Assembly (NCBI GenBank): GCA_038087875.1 | Contig: JAXLNO010000096.1 | Coordinates: 62,001-126,000 of the forward strand | Direction: 5' to 3' | DNA length: 64,000 nucleotides | Origin: Malacoraja senta | Lineage: Eukaryota | In this document: piece after piece, positions 49,885 to 61,279 of the stretch | How positions within the stretch are numbered: the first letter of the stretch is position 1 | How the letters are laid out: each line of letters opens with the position of its first letter | Position numbers and translations under genes: made by a program | Notes under the pieces: generated by a model | The model's database searches: none | Told to the model about the DNA's origin: nothing | What the model saw: only the letters and a program-made list of their open reading frames with translations

Positions 49885-50195
49885 TATTTAGTTTAGTTTA
49901 GAGATACGGTGCGGAAACAGGCCCTTCGGCCCACCGGGTCCACGCCAACCAGCGATCCCCGCATATTAACACTAATCTACACCCACTAGGGACAATTTTT
50001 ACATTTACCAAGCCAATGAACCTACAAACCTGTACGTCTTTGGAAGGAAACCGAGGATCTCGGAGAAAACCCATGCAGGTCCCGGGGAGAAAGTACAAAC
50101 TCCGTACAGACAGCACCCGTAGTCGGGATCGAGCCCAGGTCTCCGGCGCTGCATTCGCTGTAAGGCAGCAACTCTACCGCTGCGCCACCGTGCCG
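49885..50195 (-). mobile_element. V-SINE (HE1-like), young CpG-rich copy
   Basis: Minus strand GGCACGGTGGCGCAGCGGTAGAGTTGCTGCC...CTAAACTAAACTAAA. Confidence 0.88.
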
Positions 50196-50974
50196 CATTC
50201 ATTGTGTCATCTCTTTGTGACATGTTTACAGTTTGACTTGATTCAACTGCTTCATTGCACCTGATGGTCACTGTGTGCTATAGGTTGGTGTTATTAATCC
50301 TTACTCCTGGCGAGCAGCAGTCTCCCCCGTGGGAGAGGACAACAGGGCTCTGACTGGTCAGCTGAGAGTCCACTGAGGAATGAAGACTTTGGTTGTCCTC
50401 TGCCTGTGCCTCAGTGCCAGTAAAACCCTGCTCCGTCAGCCGCTGCACCAAGGGAGAGGCCACTCCCACCCACACCCACTCCCACTGTGGTGTTCCCACC
50501 TCCCGGATTGGAAATCTGTGCTCCCGGCTGAGCAGAAGCCTCCCCATGTACGCTCATCTAGCACAGTCTTACTATGGAGCAGAACTGAAGTTGAACTTTA
50601 TTTTACAAGGGTCGCGCACACCAGCCTCTCCATCCTTTGGCCTCGTTGCAGACTGATGCTTCTGGGTGTTGAGCTGTCCTTAAAGGGCAGGAGATATCAA
50701 TCAGTGAGTGAATAGATTAGTTGGTGTGTGTAATTAATGCATGGATCAAACATCTCCAATTTTACACTAAAAACACATGAAGATGTGTTCATTTGGCTTG
50801 CAATAATAATGTGTTCAGCCTCATTGACATCAGTAGGCAATGGTTACATGCACAGTACAGTTTTAGTACTTGAAGACCAAAATTAATTTTAGGAGTTGAA
50901 AATCGGAATGAAAAATAATAATAATAATCAGGACAGATAGGAACTGTGAAAGAGGAACAACTGTGAAAGGAACA

Positions 50975-51750
50975 AAACCAAGGAACTGATTGTGGACTTT
51001 GGAAGGGGTAGGATGGGGACCCACAGTCCCGTTTATATCAACGGGTTGATGGTGGAAAGGGTCAAGAGCTTCAAATTCCTGGGCGTGCACATCTCTGAAG
51101 ATCTCTCCTGGTCCGAGAACACGGATGCTATTATAAAGAAAGCACATCAGCGCCTCTACTTCCTGAGAAGATTACGGAGAGTCGGTTTGTCAAGGAGGAC
51201 TCTCGAACTTCTACAGGTGCAAAGTAGAGAGCATGCTGACCGGTTGCATCGTGGCTTGGTTCGGCAACTTGAGCGCCCAGGAGCGAAAAAGACTACAAAA
51301 AGTTGTGACCACTGCCCAGTCCATCATCGGCTATGACCTCCCTACCATAGAGGGGATCTATCGCAGTCGCAGCCTCAAAAAGGCTGGCAGCATCATCAAG
51401 GACCCACATCATCCTGGCCACACACTCATCTCCCCGCTACCTTCAGGTAGAAGGTACAGGAGCCTGAAGACTGCAACGACCAGGTTCAGGAATAGCTACT
51501 TCCCCACAGTCATCAGGCTATGAAACTCAACCCAAACAAAACTCTGAACATTAATAGCCCATTATCAGTATATTTGCACTTTATCTGTTTTATTTATTCA
51601 TGTGTGTATATATTTATACAATGGTATATGGACACACTGATCTGTTCTGTATTCATGCCTACTATGTTTTGTTGTGCTGAAGCAAAGCAAGAATTTCATT
51701 GTCCTAACTGGGACACACGACAATAAACTCTCTTGAATCTGGAATCTGGA
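50975..51750 (+). mobile_element. Rex1/Babar 3' fragment, same family as 38070-40010
   Basis: ORFs 50992..51336 and 51233..51523, followed by a hairpin + CAATAAA + microsatellite tail. Confidence 0.88.
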
Positions 51751-52571
51751 ATCCAGCCATGATCGCATTAAATGGCGGTGCTGGCTCGAGGGGCTGAATG
51801 GCCTACTCCTGCACCTATTGTCTATTGTCAAAGATCCTTTCTTTGAATCTGACAACGTTTTTTTCATCATAAAACATGAACTCACTTCTTTCCCTTTCCA
51901 CTGATACTGCTCAAACGGCTGAGTATTTCTAACCTTTACAGTTCTTGTGCTCCTGGTTAGAGAGGATTGAAGCTGGAGGGCAATATCCACTCTGTTGTCA
52001 TTGTTCCAGGCTTAGACTATAATTGACATTTGTCCACTGTACAGTGGGAAGTATCACAGCTGAATCAGCTACTTTATCAGCCAACCATCAGCTCCCATCT
52101 CCTGCCTGAGAAATGTCAGCTGATTGTAACCAAGAAATAGAAACTTGTGTGAATGTTTACAGTCTCTAACTGATGGCTACTGAGGCAAGTTGTGGCTCTC
52201 TACTCTTTCTGAGTAAGGTAAATTAATCTGGGGAAAAAAGACACAATGTGCTGGAGTAACTCAACGGGTCAGGCGCAATCTCTGGAGAACATGGATAGGT
52301 GAGGTTTTGGGTCTTGACCCTACTTCAGACTAAAGGGCTACGACCCGAAATGTCATCTGCCTAACCTGCTGAGTTTCTCCAACACTTTGTGTCTTTTATT
52401 GGTAAACTCTCATCTGCAGTACCTTGTGTCTCAGTGAATCTGGATCACAAGTTAAACTCAAGACTTCTGATCTAAATTAGTCAGTGTGGTTAATGCCTGG
52501 TCTTTGGGGGAGCTTTTGAATGATGTCCATTTATTCTACAAATGTGAACTCTGTGTTTATTATTTTGACAG

Positions 52572-52679
52572 GGAATCACCCTTTTATAATCAGATTTGTT
52601 GTAATTATCGGAGGTCTGGCTGTTCTCATCGTCATTATACTGGCAGTGGAGTTCTGTCAAAGAAAGCACAAGTCTACAG
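52572..52679 (+). CDS. Transmembrane exon RNHPFIIRFVVIIGGLAVLIVIILAVEFCQRKHKST
   Basis: ATTTTGACAG|GG...ACAG|GTAAAG, 108 nt, phase 1-1. Hydrophobic stretch followed by a basic stop-transfer segment (QRKHK). Confidence 0.82.
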
Positions 52680-54387
52680 GTAAAGTACATGAAGACATCC
52701 TTAATGCAGCACAGATTCCCCAAATTATCAATGACAATGTTATCTGTTACAAGGAGAAAAGAACAATATATTTTGGATAAGAAAAGTATCTGTTTGTGCA
52801 TATGTTGTTGAGAAATTGATTTCAGACTTTTTGTGGTCAATTAAAGCATTATTTATGCAATGTGGATTGTCTACCTGTCTACCTGCGTTGCCAAGAGGAG
52901 TCTGCTGTATGATTTCAGGTGCTGTTCTGCAATGATCTGACCACGTGGTGATTGTGTCACCATCCCCTGCGTAAACCATTATCAAATAAACATGCCAGAA
53001 GTTGAAGTATAGCTAGTGTAGTCATGTAGTAAATATGGTCTCCAATTTGCCCTCAACATGTTCCTATTTACTGGGGGATGAATATTGGCCAGGAAACCAG
53101 GAGACCAAGGTATCTCCACTGCACTTTGGTGATTCACGTTCCAAAATCTATTGTGTCCCAAGAGGCCAGAAGGGGCCTCAGTTTAACAAATAATCTTTAA
53201 TCTGGTGAGGCCAATGCTGCAGCAATCCCACATGGCAACACAGTGTTAGGCTCAACTGTGTGTTCAAATTTAGGGGTTGTGCCTGAGGGTTTATTCTGTG
53301 TTCTTGAACAAACTGATCAGACGGGTATCGGGCTAGTACAACAGTTCATCAAGGTCACTGACACATGGAATACTCAGTTCTTAAAGCTTCCCTTATATTT
53401 ATATAAATCAACATTTTTTATCCATTAAAAAAATAAACCATTCCATTAACTGATCATTAGAAATATAAAATTACACATTGAATATATTAACTGTATGTAC
53501 AATTATAAATTCAGTTGCTCCTTTACTTGTCATCTTGACTTGTGAAAACTCTGCGGTGCAAAGATGCATTTGTCCACTCTCCAGATATTTTCAACTCTGC
53601 TGGGTACCTCCACATGTTGGCCTTACCTCATTCATGGTCTCCTGTGACCTTCCCACCCATGTTCTGTCCAGCAATGGCTCTATCGTGGAATCCATACCGT
53701 AACTCAAATCCATGCTGATCCTGTGCCTTATATTCTCCATCACCATCTTCTTGGGCATCCTGTCCATGTAACACATGATCTATCCATGTAATTTGACTTC
53801 TGTCACTCATTCCCATCATTGCACCACCATTTTATTCACAATATTTTTCCTGAACTGAATCCAAATTCTCGGATTATCAAATAGGATTTAAACCTGTGCT
53901 TCTGGACTATTAATCTCAAAGAGTCTTGGATTAATATCCAGTTAACCTATGACAATCCAAAAGTACATCAAAGTAAGCAAACTAAATAATGTACCCATTA
54001 ACAGGAGTCAGCACAACACATTTGAAAGTAAGTTGGAGAGAAACACATCACCAATTCTAAATCTGGTAATGTTGGGAAAAATTAATTACATATTGTGTTT
54101 ATCATATTTGTGGAAAACGGAGTTAATGGAATCTCTATTGTGTTTTGTTCAATGTGTGAAATTAAATTGTATGTAATATCATGAGGGGAATAGATAGGGT
54201 GAGTGTGCAGAGTCTTTGACCCAGTATAAAGTAATCAAAAACTAGAAGACATATGTTTAAGTTGAGAGGAACCTGAGTGGCAGCTTTTTCACTCAGATGA
54301 TGGTGGTTATATGGAACAAGCTGACAGAGAAGGTCGTAGAGGAAGGAACTATAACTGCATTTAAAAGACACTTAGGTAGGTACATGA

Positions 54388-55165
54388 ACCACCGGGTGGC
54401 GCCGCAATGGCTGCCTCGCCAACAGTCTGTCTCGTCCTTTTCCTTCTTTGATGTTTTTTAGTATGTGTTAGATGGATGTTTTAGTGTTCTTTAGCTTTAT
54501 TTTATGTGGGGGGTGGAGGGAGGTTGGGGGAAACTTTTTAAAATCTCTTACCTCGATGAAGATGCATTTTTTTCCGTATGGTATCTCCATCCGCATCCGC
54601 ACTGTGGCCTAACATCGAGGTGCTGGCGGCCTCTTGCTGGGGAATGACTTCGGGAGCTCCAACCGTGGGAGCCTGCAGGATATAACATCGTGGAGCTTGT
54701 GGTCCCTGTCGGGGATCGACCTTGGAGCTCCAACCGTGGAGTCTGCAGATTTAACATCGTGGAGCTGGTGGTCCCTGTCGGGGATCGACCTTGGAGCTCC
54801 AACCGTGGAGCCTGCGGATTTAACATCGTGGAGCACGTGGTCCCTTGGTTAGGGATCGACTACGGGAGCTCCAAGCCGCAGGAGCTTCGACTGCCCTGAA
54901 CTGGGGGCTTCAATCGTCAGCTGTGGGAGCTTCTATCACCCCGACTGCGAATGGTTCGACTGCCCCGACCGCGGGAGAATAAAGAGTGAAGAAGATTAGA
55001 CTTTATCGCCTTCCGTCACAGTGAGGAATGTGGGAATCCACTGTGGTGGATGTTTATATTAACTTTTCTGTAGTTGTGTGTCTTTTTTCTTTTTCTAGTA
55101 TGACGATGATAAATTGAGTTTAATTGCACCTTAATTGGTGCACATGACAATAAAATACATTTGAA
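54388..55165 (+). mobile_element. GC-rich non-autonomous retroposon related to 5296-6126, with internal ~69-bp tandem repeats; inserted into an old CR1 3' fragment
   Basis: Shares the GTGGCG head, CTTCC.TCACAGTGAGG and CACTGTGGTGGATGTT blocks. Ends in a TGCACC-TTAATT-GGTGCA hairpin plus ATGACAATAAA. Confidence 0.7.
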
Positions 55166-55194
55166 GCTTTGGAGAAGAAAGGTTAAGGTCATGG

Positions 55195-55421
55195 TGTAGC
55201 GGAAACTGCTGGCGCACGTAGATATCGAACCCGGCGTTGGGAAGCCGCGGTCACGTGACTCGGAAGGGGCTGCTGTTTTCGTGCGGTTTCGTTTTAGCGC
55301 CACAGTTGTTTTGCTGACCACCGTTGTGATCAGACGTGTATGCAGAGACGTGTTTGCTAAGGAGCGAATGTTCAATAAAAACCGTTCAGAAAACGTAGTC
55401 GTCGTTTCTGCATCCGCTAAA
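55195..55421 (+). mobile_element. Solo LTR, 227 bp, Gypsy-like
   Basis: Terminal inverted repeats TGTAGCGGA...TCCGCTAAA (CA end mutated), flanked by a 4-bp TSD ATGG (55191-55194 and 55422-55425), with internal AATAAA. Confidence 0.85.
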
Positions 55422-55681
55422 ATGGGTCAATTGCAGGCACATGGGACTAGCTTGGATGGGGCAACTTGGATGGTATAGACTAGTTGAGCCAAAGGACATG
55501 GTTCTGTGCTGTATGACTCTATGACTCTTTGACTTTATAAAAAGGTGAAAACAATTTAAATTGTGCCCTCTCTCTAAACAGGTTTGGGCAATCAAAGACA
55601 GACAGCTCCACCATCAAAAAGAAACACAGAAAGTGAATCTCAACTTTAAGGCAACCTTGAAGAAATTCAGCAGATGGCAGG

Positions 55682-56164
55682 TGTAGTGGCCATTTGGCCT
55701 GTTTTACATGTCACTGATGATGGCATGTGCCTTTAAATTTTAGACTGCCCGTTGTATTGTGGGTGGGATTTATGACGTGTTTTGGGCGTGTTTGGAGCTT
55801 AGTTGCTTGCGCAGAAGTCTAGTTTTTAGATTAGTTTGGAGAGACGATGGAGAAGGTCAATCCTTCGACCATGTCAATGTTACGGAGCCACGAGGAGTTT
55901 TGTAATGTTTAAAGTTGCAAGTTGGAATTGAAGGAAGATTGCAGTAACGAGTCGGAAGAAACTTGGATGTGTCTTGCTGTTTACCATCAACAATAAAGCA
56001 TTTATTCAACAAAAGACTGCGTGTTGAAGCTTTATGAGTGAAGAAGCTCTGAAGGTCTCTGAGGAAGCTTGCACGCGTATCGAAGATATTCCCCTTATCC
56101 ATTCTCATCCAAATAGCGGCTAGAGAATTCGTTTCTCAAAAGATAAGAAAAATCTGCCGTTACA
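55682..56164 (+). repeat. 5' LTR (about 483 bp, TG...CA)
   Basis: Starts TGTAG and ends GTTACA, with AATAAA inside. The right end is inferred from the TG..CA rule. Confidence 0.8.
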
Positions 56165-56169
56165 ATAAG

Positions 56170-56648
56170 TTGAAGGGAACCCCCGACAGGGGGATTAAAT
56201 ACTAGTCCCAGAGAGTGGGACAGAAAATTAAATCGAAGGGAACCTCCGGCAGGGGGGTTAAGTACTAGTCCCAGAGAGTGGGACAGAAGATTAAATCGAA
56301 GGGAACCTCCGGTAGGGGGGTTAAATACTAGTCCCAGAGAGTGGGACAGAAAATTAAATCGAAGGGAACCTCCGGCAGGGGGGTTAAATACTAGTCCCAG
56401 AGAGTGGAGCAGAAGATTAAATCGAAGAGAACCTCCGGCAGGGGGGTTAAATACTAGTCCCAGAGAGTGGGACAGACGATTAAATCGAAGGGTACCTCCG
56501 GCAGGGGGGGTTAAATACTAGTCCCAGAGATTGGGACAGAAGATTAAATCGAAGGGAACCTCCGGCAGGGGGGTTAAATACTAGTCCCAGAGATTGGGAC
56601 ATTAGATTAAATCGAAGGGAATCTCCGGCTGGGGGGTTAAATACTAGA
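56170..56648. repeat. 61-bp tandem repeat, about 8 copies, each with two hairpins
   Basis: Unit AAATCGAAGGGAACCTCCGGCAGGGGGGTTAAATACTAGTCCCAGAGAGTGGGACAGAAGATT. Confidence 0.93.
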
Positions 56649-57162
56649 AAGGGACATAGAAACATAGAAACATAGAAAGTAGGTGCGAGAGTAGACCACC
56701 AGGCCCATCGAGCCCGCACCGCCATTCGCTCATGGCTGAACACCAAACAGACACCCCTACCCACAAACAGTAGACACAAGACACAGAACACAAGACACTA
56801 CCCTCCCCTTTATACCGCTATCACCCCTCTCCACCCCAAGAACCGCGTGATCTCCTGGGGGAGGCAAAAAAACGGATAAAAACCCAGGTCCAATTCGGGA
56901 AAAAAAATCCGGGAAATTCCTCTCCGACCCGAATCCAGGCGATCGACACTTGTCCAGGAGATCACTCAGGTCTTACTATACTAACCATACCTAGGTCCAT
57001 ATCCCTGCCTTCTCCTCGTAGCCCCTTATCCCCTTGGCAGCTAAAAAACCATCTATTTTAGACTTAAATATATTTAATGTTTCTGCTTCCACTGCTCCCT
57101 GGGGCAGTGAATTCCATAAATTAACCACCCTCTGGGTGAAGAAGTTCTTCCTCATCTCAGTT

Positions 57163-59881
57163 TTAAAAGAGCCCCCCCCTTATTATACAACTATGTCCCC
57201 TAGTTCTAGTTTCCCCGATCATTGGGAACATCCTCGGTGCATCCACCCGATCAAGGCCCCTCACGATCTTATATGTTTCAATGAGATCGCCTCTCATTCT
57301 TCTAAACTCCAAAGAGTAGAGTTCCAGCCTACTTAACCTTTCCTCATATGTCAATCCCCTCATTGCAGGAATTAATCTTGTAAACCTTCGCTGCACTGCC
57401 TCCAGGGCCAGTACATCCTTTCTTAAGTATGGACCCCAGAACTGTACACAGTATTCCAAATGTGGTCTCACTAATACTGTGTACAGCTGCAGCAAGACCT
57501 CCGTGTTTTTATACTCAATCCCCCTAGCAATAAAGGCCAAAACTCCATTGGCCTTCCTGATTGCTTGCTGCACCTGCATACTAACTTTTAGTGATTCATG
57601 TACTACTACCCCTAGATCCCTTTGCGTTGCATTACAACGCAGCTCCACCTCATTTAGAAAATAACTTGCCCTATCATTTTTTTTCCCAAAGTGAATGACT
57701 TCACATTTATTAGTATTAAATTTCATCTGCCAAGTTGTTGCCCACTCACCTAGCTTATCTATATCCTTTTGCAGACTCTTCCTATCCTCCTCACCCCTAC
57801 TTTTCCTCCCATTTTTGTATCGTCCGCAAATTTTGATATATTACACTTGGTTCCCTCCTCCAAATCATTTATATAAATTGTGAACAACTGGGGTCCCAGC
57901 ACCGACCCTTGCGGAACCCCGCTAGTTACCGGTTGCCATCCCGAGTATGAACCATTTATCCCCACTCTCTGCTTCCTATTTGTTAGCCAATCCTCTACCC
58001 ATGCTAATATATTACCCCCAATCCCATAATTTTTTATTTTTAGCAATAGTCTCTTATGTGGCACCTTGTCAAAAGCCTTTTGGAAGTCCAAGTATACCAC
58101 ATCCACCGGTTCCCCTTTATCCACCCGGGTTGTTACTTCCTCAAAGAATTCGAGCAGATTCGTCAAACAGGACTTCCCCTTCACAAAACCATGCTGGTTC
58201 TGTCCGATGAAGTCATGTTTATCCAAGTGCCCCGTTAGTGTTTCTTTAATAATTGTCTCTAACATTTTACCCACCACCGATGTTAGACTAACTGGTCTAT
58301 AGTTACCCGCCTTCTGTTTACTTCCTTTTTTAAATATAGGTGTTACATTGGCCATTTTCCAATCCACTGGAACCGTTCCTGCCTCCAGGGAGTTTTGGAA
58401 AATTATCACCAATGCATCCACAATCCCCACCGCTATCTCCCTCAAGACCCTTGGATGTAATCCATCAGGCCCAGGGGATTTATCCTCCTTCAGTCTCATT
58501 AATTTCCCTAATACCACCTCCTTGGTGATTTTAATAGTATTTAGCTCCTCCATCTACCGCCCCCTGTTTATCCAGCGTTGGAATATTTTTTGTGTCTTCT
58601 ATGGTGAAGACTGATACAAAATACTCGTTTAATGCCTTTGCCATTTCCATGTTCCCCACCAACAACTCTCCACTCACCCTCCAATGGACCAACGTTCACC
58701 TTAGCCACCCTTTTTCTTTTTATATAGCTATAAAAACTCTTACTATTAGTTTTTATGTTGTTCGCTAAATTCCTTTCATAGTCTATTTTCCCCGTCTTAA
58801 TTAATCTCTTAGTTATTTTTTGCTGACCTTTAAATGCTTCCCAATCCTCTACCCTCCCACTATCTCTGGCTACCTTATATGCCCTTGCCTTCAGCCGAAT
58901 ACTATCCTTTATAGTTTTACTGAGCCATGGCTGACTGTTCTTTCCCTTACCCTTTTTTTTCTTCATAGGAATAAATTTTTCTTGAAGGTTATACAGTAGA
59001 TCCTTAAACGTACACCACTGCTCATGTACCGTCTTATTCTTGAGTCTGCTATCCCAGTCAACTTTGATCAGCTCAGTCCTCATACCTTCATAATCCCCCT
59101 TATTTAGACTAAGTACCCTAGCCTGAGTTTCAACCTGCTCCCCTTCTATTTGAATATGGAATTCGACCATATTGTGGTCACTTGTTCCCAACGAGTCCCT
59201 AACTATGACATTTTTAATTAATCCTGCTTCATTACACAGGACCAGATCCAAGATTGCCTCCCCCCTTGTCGGTTCTGTGACATACTGTTCTAGGAACCCG
59301 TCTCTAATACATTCTATAAACTCTTCCTCTAGTCTACCCTGCCCAGTTTGGTTTGCCCAATTAATATGAAAATTGAAGTCCCCCATGATTACAGCAGTTC
59401 CCTTTTTACATGCGTCAACTATTTGCAGATTTATGTTCTGACTAACAGCGTCACAGCTATTTGGAGGTCTATAAATTACACCCACTAGTGTTTTTTTCCC
59501 CTTGTTATTCTCTATCTGTACCCAGGCTGTTTCACTATCCTGATCTTTCAACGCAATATCCTTCCTCTCTATTGCCGTTATACCCTCCCTTATTAAAAGG
59601 GCCACCCCTCCTCCCTTTCTTTCCTGTCTATCTTTTCTAATTGTCGAGTACCCCTCTATATTTAACTCCCAATCCTGATCCCCTTGCAGCCATGTCTCCG
59701 TAATGGCCACGATATCATAACTATATATACTTAATTGCACCGTTAATTCATTTATCTTATTTCGAATACTCCGTGCATTTAGATACAGCACTTTCAGATG
59801 ATTTTTACTACCCTTCCTTTCTGTTTTTGCCCCTTTTACATCTAGAGCTTTATCTTCACACATTCTGGATCCTCCTGTCAC
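57163..59881 (-). pseudogene. CR1 ORF2 (APE endonuclease + RT), broken by about 3 frameshifts
   Basis: YLNARS, ITETW, GDFN and SDH (APE); KFADD (RT). Frame changes near 58670, 58555 and 57800. Confidence 0.92.
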
Positions 59882-59970
59882 ATTTTGATTTTCCGTTTCC
59901 CCACTGATACCCTGCTCTATTTCCTCTACCCCTGCCGTTATTACCCCCCTTGATACCTCCCCCCCGCTAC

Positions 59971-60924
59971 TTAGTTTAAAGACCTCTCTACTGCCCTAGT
60001 TATATGATTTGCCAGGACCCCAATCCCAGCACCGTTCAGGTGAAGTCCGTCATTACAGAACAGATCCCCCCTGTCCCAGTACTGGTGCCAGTGGCCCAAG
60101 AAACCAAACCCATTTTTCCCACACCAGTCTTTGGGCCACGCATTCAGCTTTTTAATTTTACGTACCCTCGCCGATTTGGCCCGTGGCTCAGGTAGCAATC
60201 CGGAGATCAGTACACTCGAGGTTCTGCTTTTTAATTTATTCCCTAACTGCTCAAACTCCTTCAGCAGATCCTCCTTCCTCGTCCTTCCTATGTCATTGGT
60301 CCCCACATGGACCACGACCACTGGATCCTCCCCCTCACTCTGCAAATTTCTCTCCAGCATCGCAGAGATATCCTTAACCCTAGCACCGGGTAGGCAACAC
60401 AGCCTTCGGGACATGTTCTGCTGGCCGCAGAGAACCTTATCTACCCCCCGAATAATACTATCCCCTATCACTACGGCATTTCTTCTAACTCCCCCCTCTT
60501 GAATGGCCCCCTGATCCACGGTGCTGCAGCCAGGTTGCTCATCCCTCCCACAGCCCCTGATCCCGTCCTCACATTGAGTAAGAGCCTCGGTCATGCTCGT
60601 CAGGGACAAGGGCTGTGGCTCCTGCCGCATCTCCTCCTGGTTCCCCCTACCTGCCTCGCTTATGACCACACCTTCCTTTCCCTGCTCACTAACTACTGAA
60701 TTAATTAAACTGGTCGGTGTGACCATCCCCTGGCACAAAACATCCAGGTAATACTCCCCCTCCCTGATGCACCGCAGCATATGAAGTTGGGTCTCCAGCT
60801 CATCAATGCGGAGCTCGAGTTCCGCTAGCCTCAAACACTTACTGCAGCTGTAGGGATCATCTACATCAATGGTGTCGACAAATTCCCACATCTCACAGTA
60901 TTGGCACATCTCCTGGCCGCCCAT
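59971..60924 (-). CDS. CR1 ORF1 (Cys-rich zinc-finger/coiled-coil + SGNH/GDSL esterase-like domain), open
   Basis: CQYC..CSKC, a leucine-zipper-like stretch, VIGDSII, HVGTND and DGLHLN. Confidence 0.9.
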   Translation of the reverse strand: MGGQEMCQYCEMWEFVDTIDVDDPYSCSKCLRLAELELRIDELETQLHMLRCIREGEYYLDVLCQGMVTPTSLINSVVSEQGKEGVVISEAGRGNQEEMRQEPQPLSLTSMTEALTQCEDGIRGCGRDEQPGCSTVDQGAIQEGGVRRNAVVIGDSIIRGVDKVLCGQQNMSRRLCCLPGARVKDISAMLERNLQSEGEDPVVVVHVGTNDIGRTRKEDLLKEFEQLGNKLKSRTSSVLISGLLPEPRAKSARVRKIKKLNAWPKDWCGKNGFGFLGHWHQYWDRGDLFCNDGLHLNGAGIGVLANHITRAVERSLN

Positions 60925-61279
60925 CTTATATAAGTAATTAACTGGTCCTATTAAGAATCCCCTACCCGGATTACTGTATTAAAACACCCCTTATTTATAT
61001 AATCCTACCTCCTATAAATGGGAAAGTACTTACCTCAGCCGTAAATTACCTACTGGTTTGGCTGTCTAGTGGTAATTCCGTCCGCTCTTCCTGTCTGGTC
61101 CACTGCTCCCTTGCAGTGCGTGGCCTACCTCTTAGTCGTATCTCTTGCTAATCTCCTGCTGCTGTTGCTAATCTCCTGCTGCTGTTGCTCCCAAATCTAC
61201 AGCAGTTCTTAATTATCTCGATTACCTCGATTGATTATTTGGGGTTCACAATTGATTCAGTCCAAATGAAAATTACTTT

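Larger units (their letters stand above)
36613..52679 (+). other. Multi-exon IgSF type I membrane receptor gene: leader + 8 Ig domains (4-domain cassette x2) + TM; CD4/LAG-3-like architecture; frameshift in Ig exon 8
   Basis: Ten exons with canonical AG/GT sites, all joined in phase 1. About 880 codons through the TM exon if the single extra G at about 48021 is removed. Confidence 0.9.
56652..61240 (-). mobile_element. Near full-length CR1 LINE nested in the BEL element
   Basis: ORF1, ORF2 (EN+RT), 3' UTR and (CTATGTTT)n tail at about 56655-56678. The 5' boundary is approximate. Confidence 0.95.

Noticed and set aside
36613..52679. Assigning the symbol CD4 or LAG3
   Set aside because: The gene has eight domains, a Cys-less D1, no visible Cx(C/H) or FxxL-type tail motif, and no syntenic markers in the window.
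52680..52780. Read-through cytoplasmic tail ending ..CYKEKRTIYFG*
   Set aside because: A plausible donor (ACAG|GTAAAG) precedes it, so it is probably intronic. This cannot be decided without transcripts.
55190..55425. Host housekeeping CpG-island promoter
   Set aside because: Terminal inverted repeats and a 4-bp TSD identify it as a solo LTR.
56170..56648. Hammerhead ribozyme or CRISPR-like array
   Set aside because: GTCCC..GGGAC-AGAA resembles hammerhead stem II, but the CUGANGA core is absent on both strands. There are no unique spacers or cas genes, and the DNA is eukaryotic.
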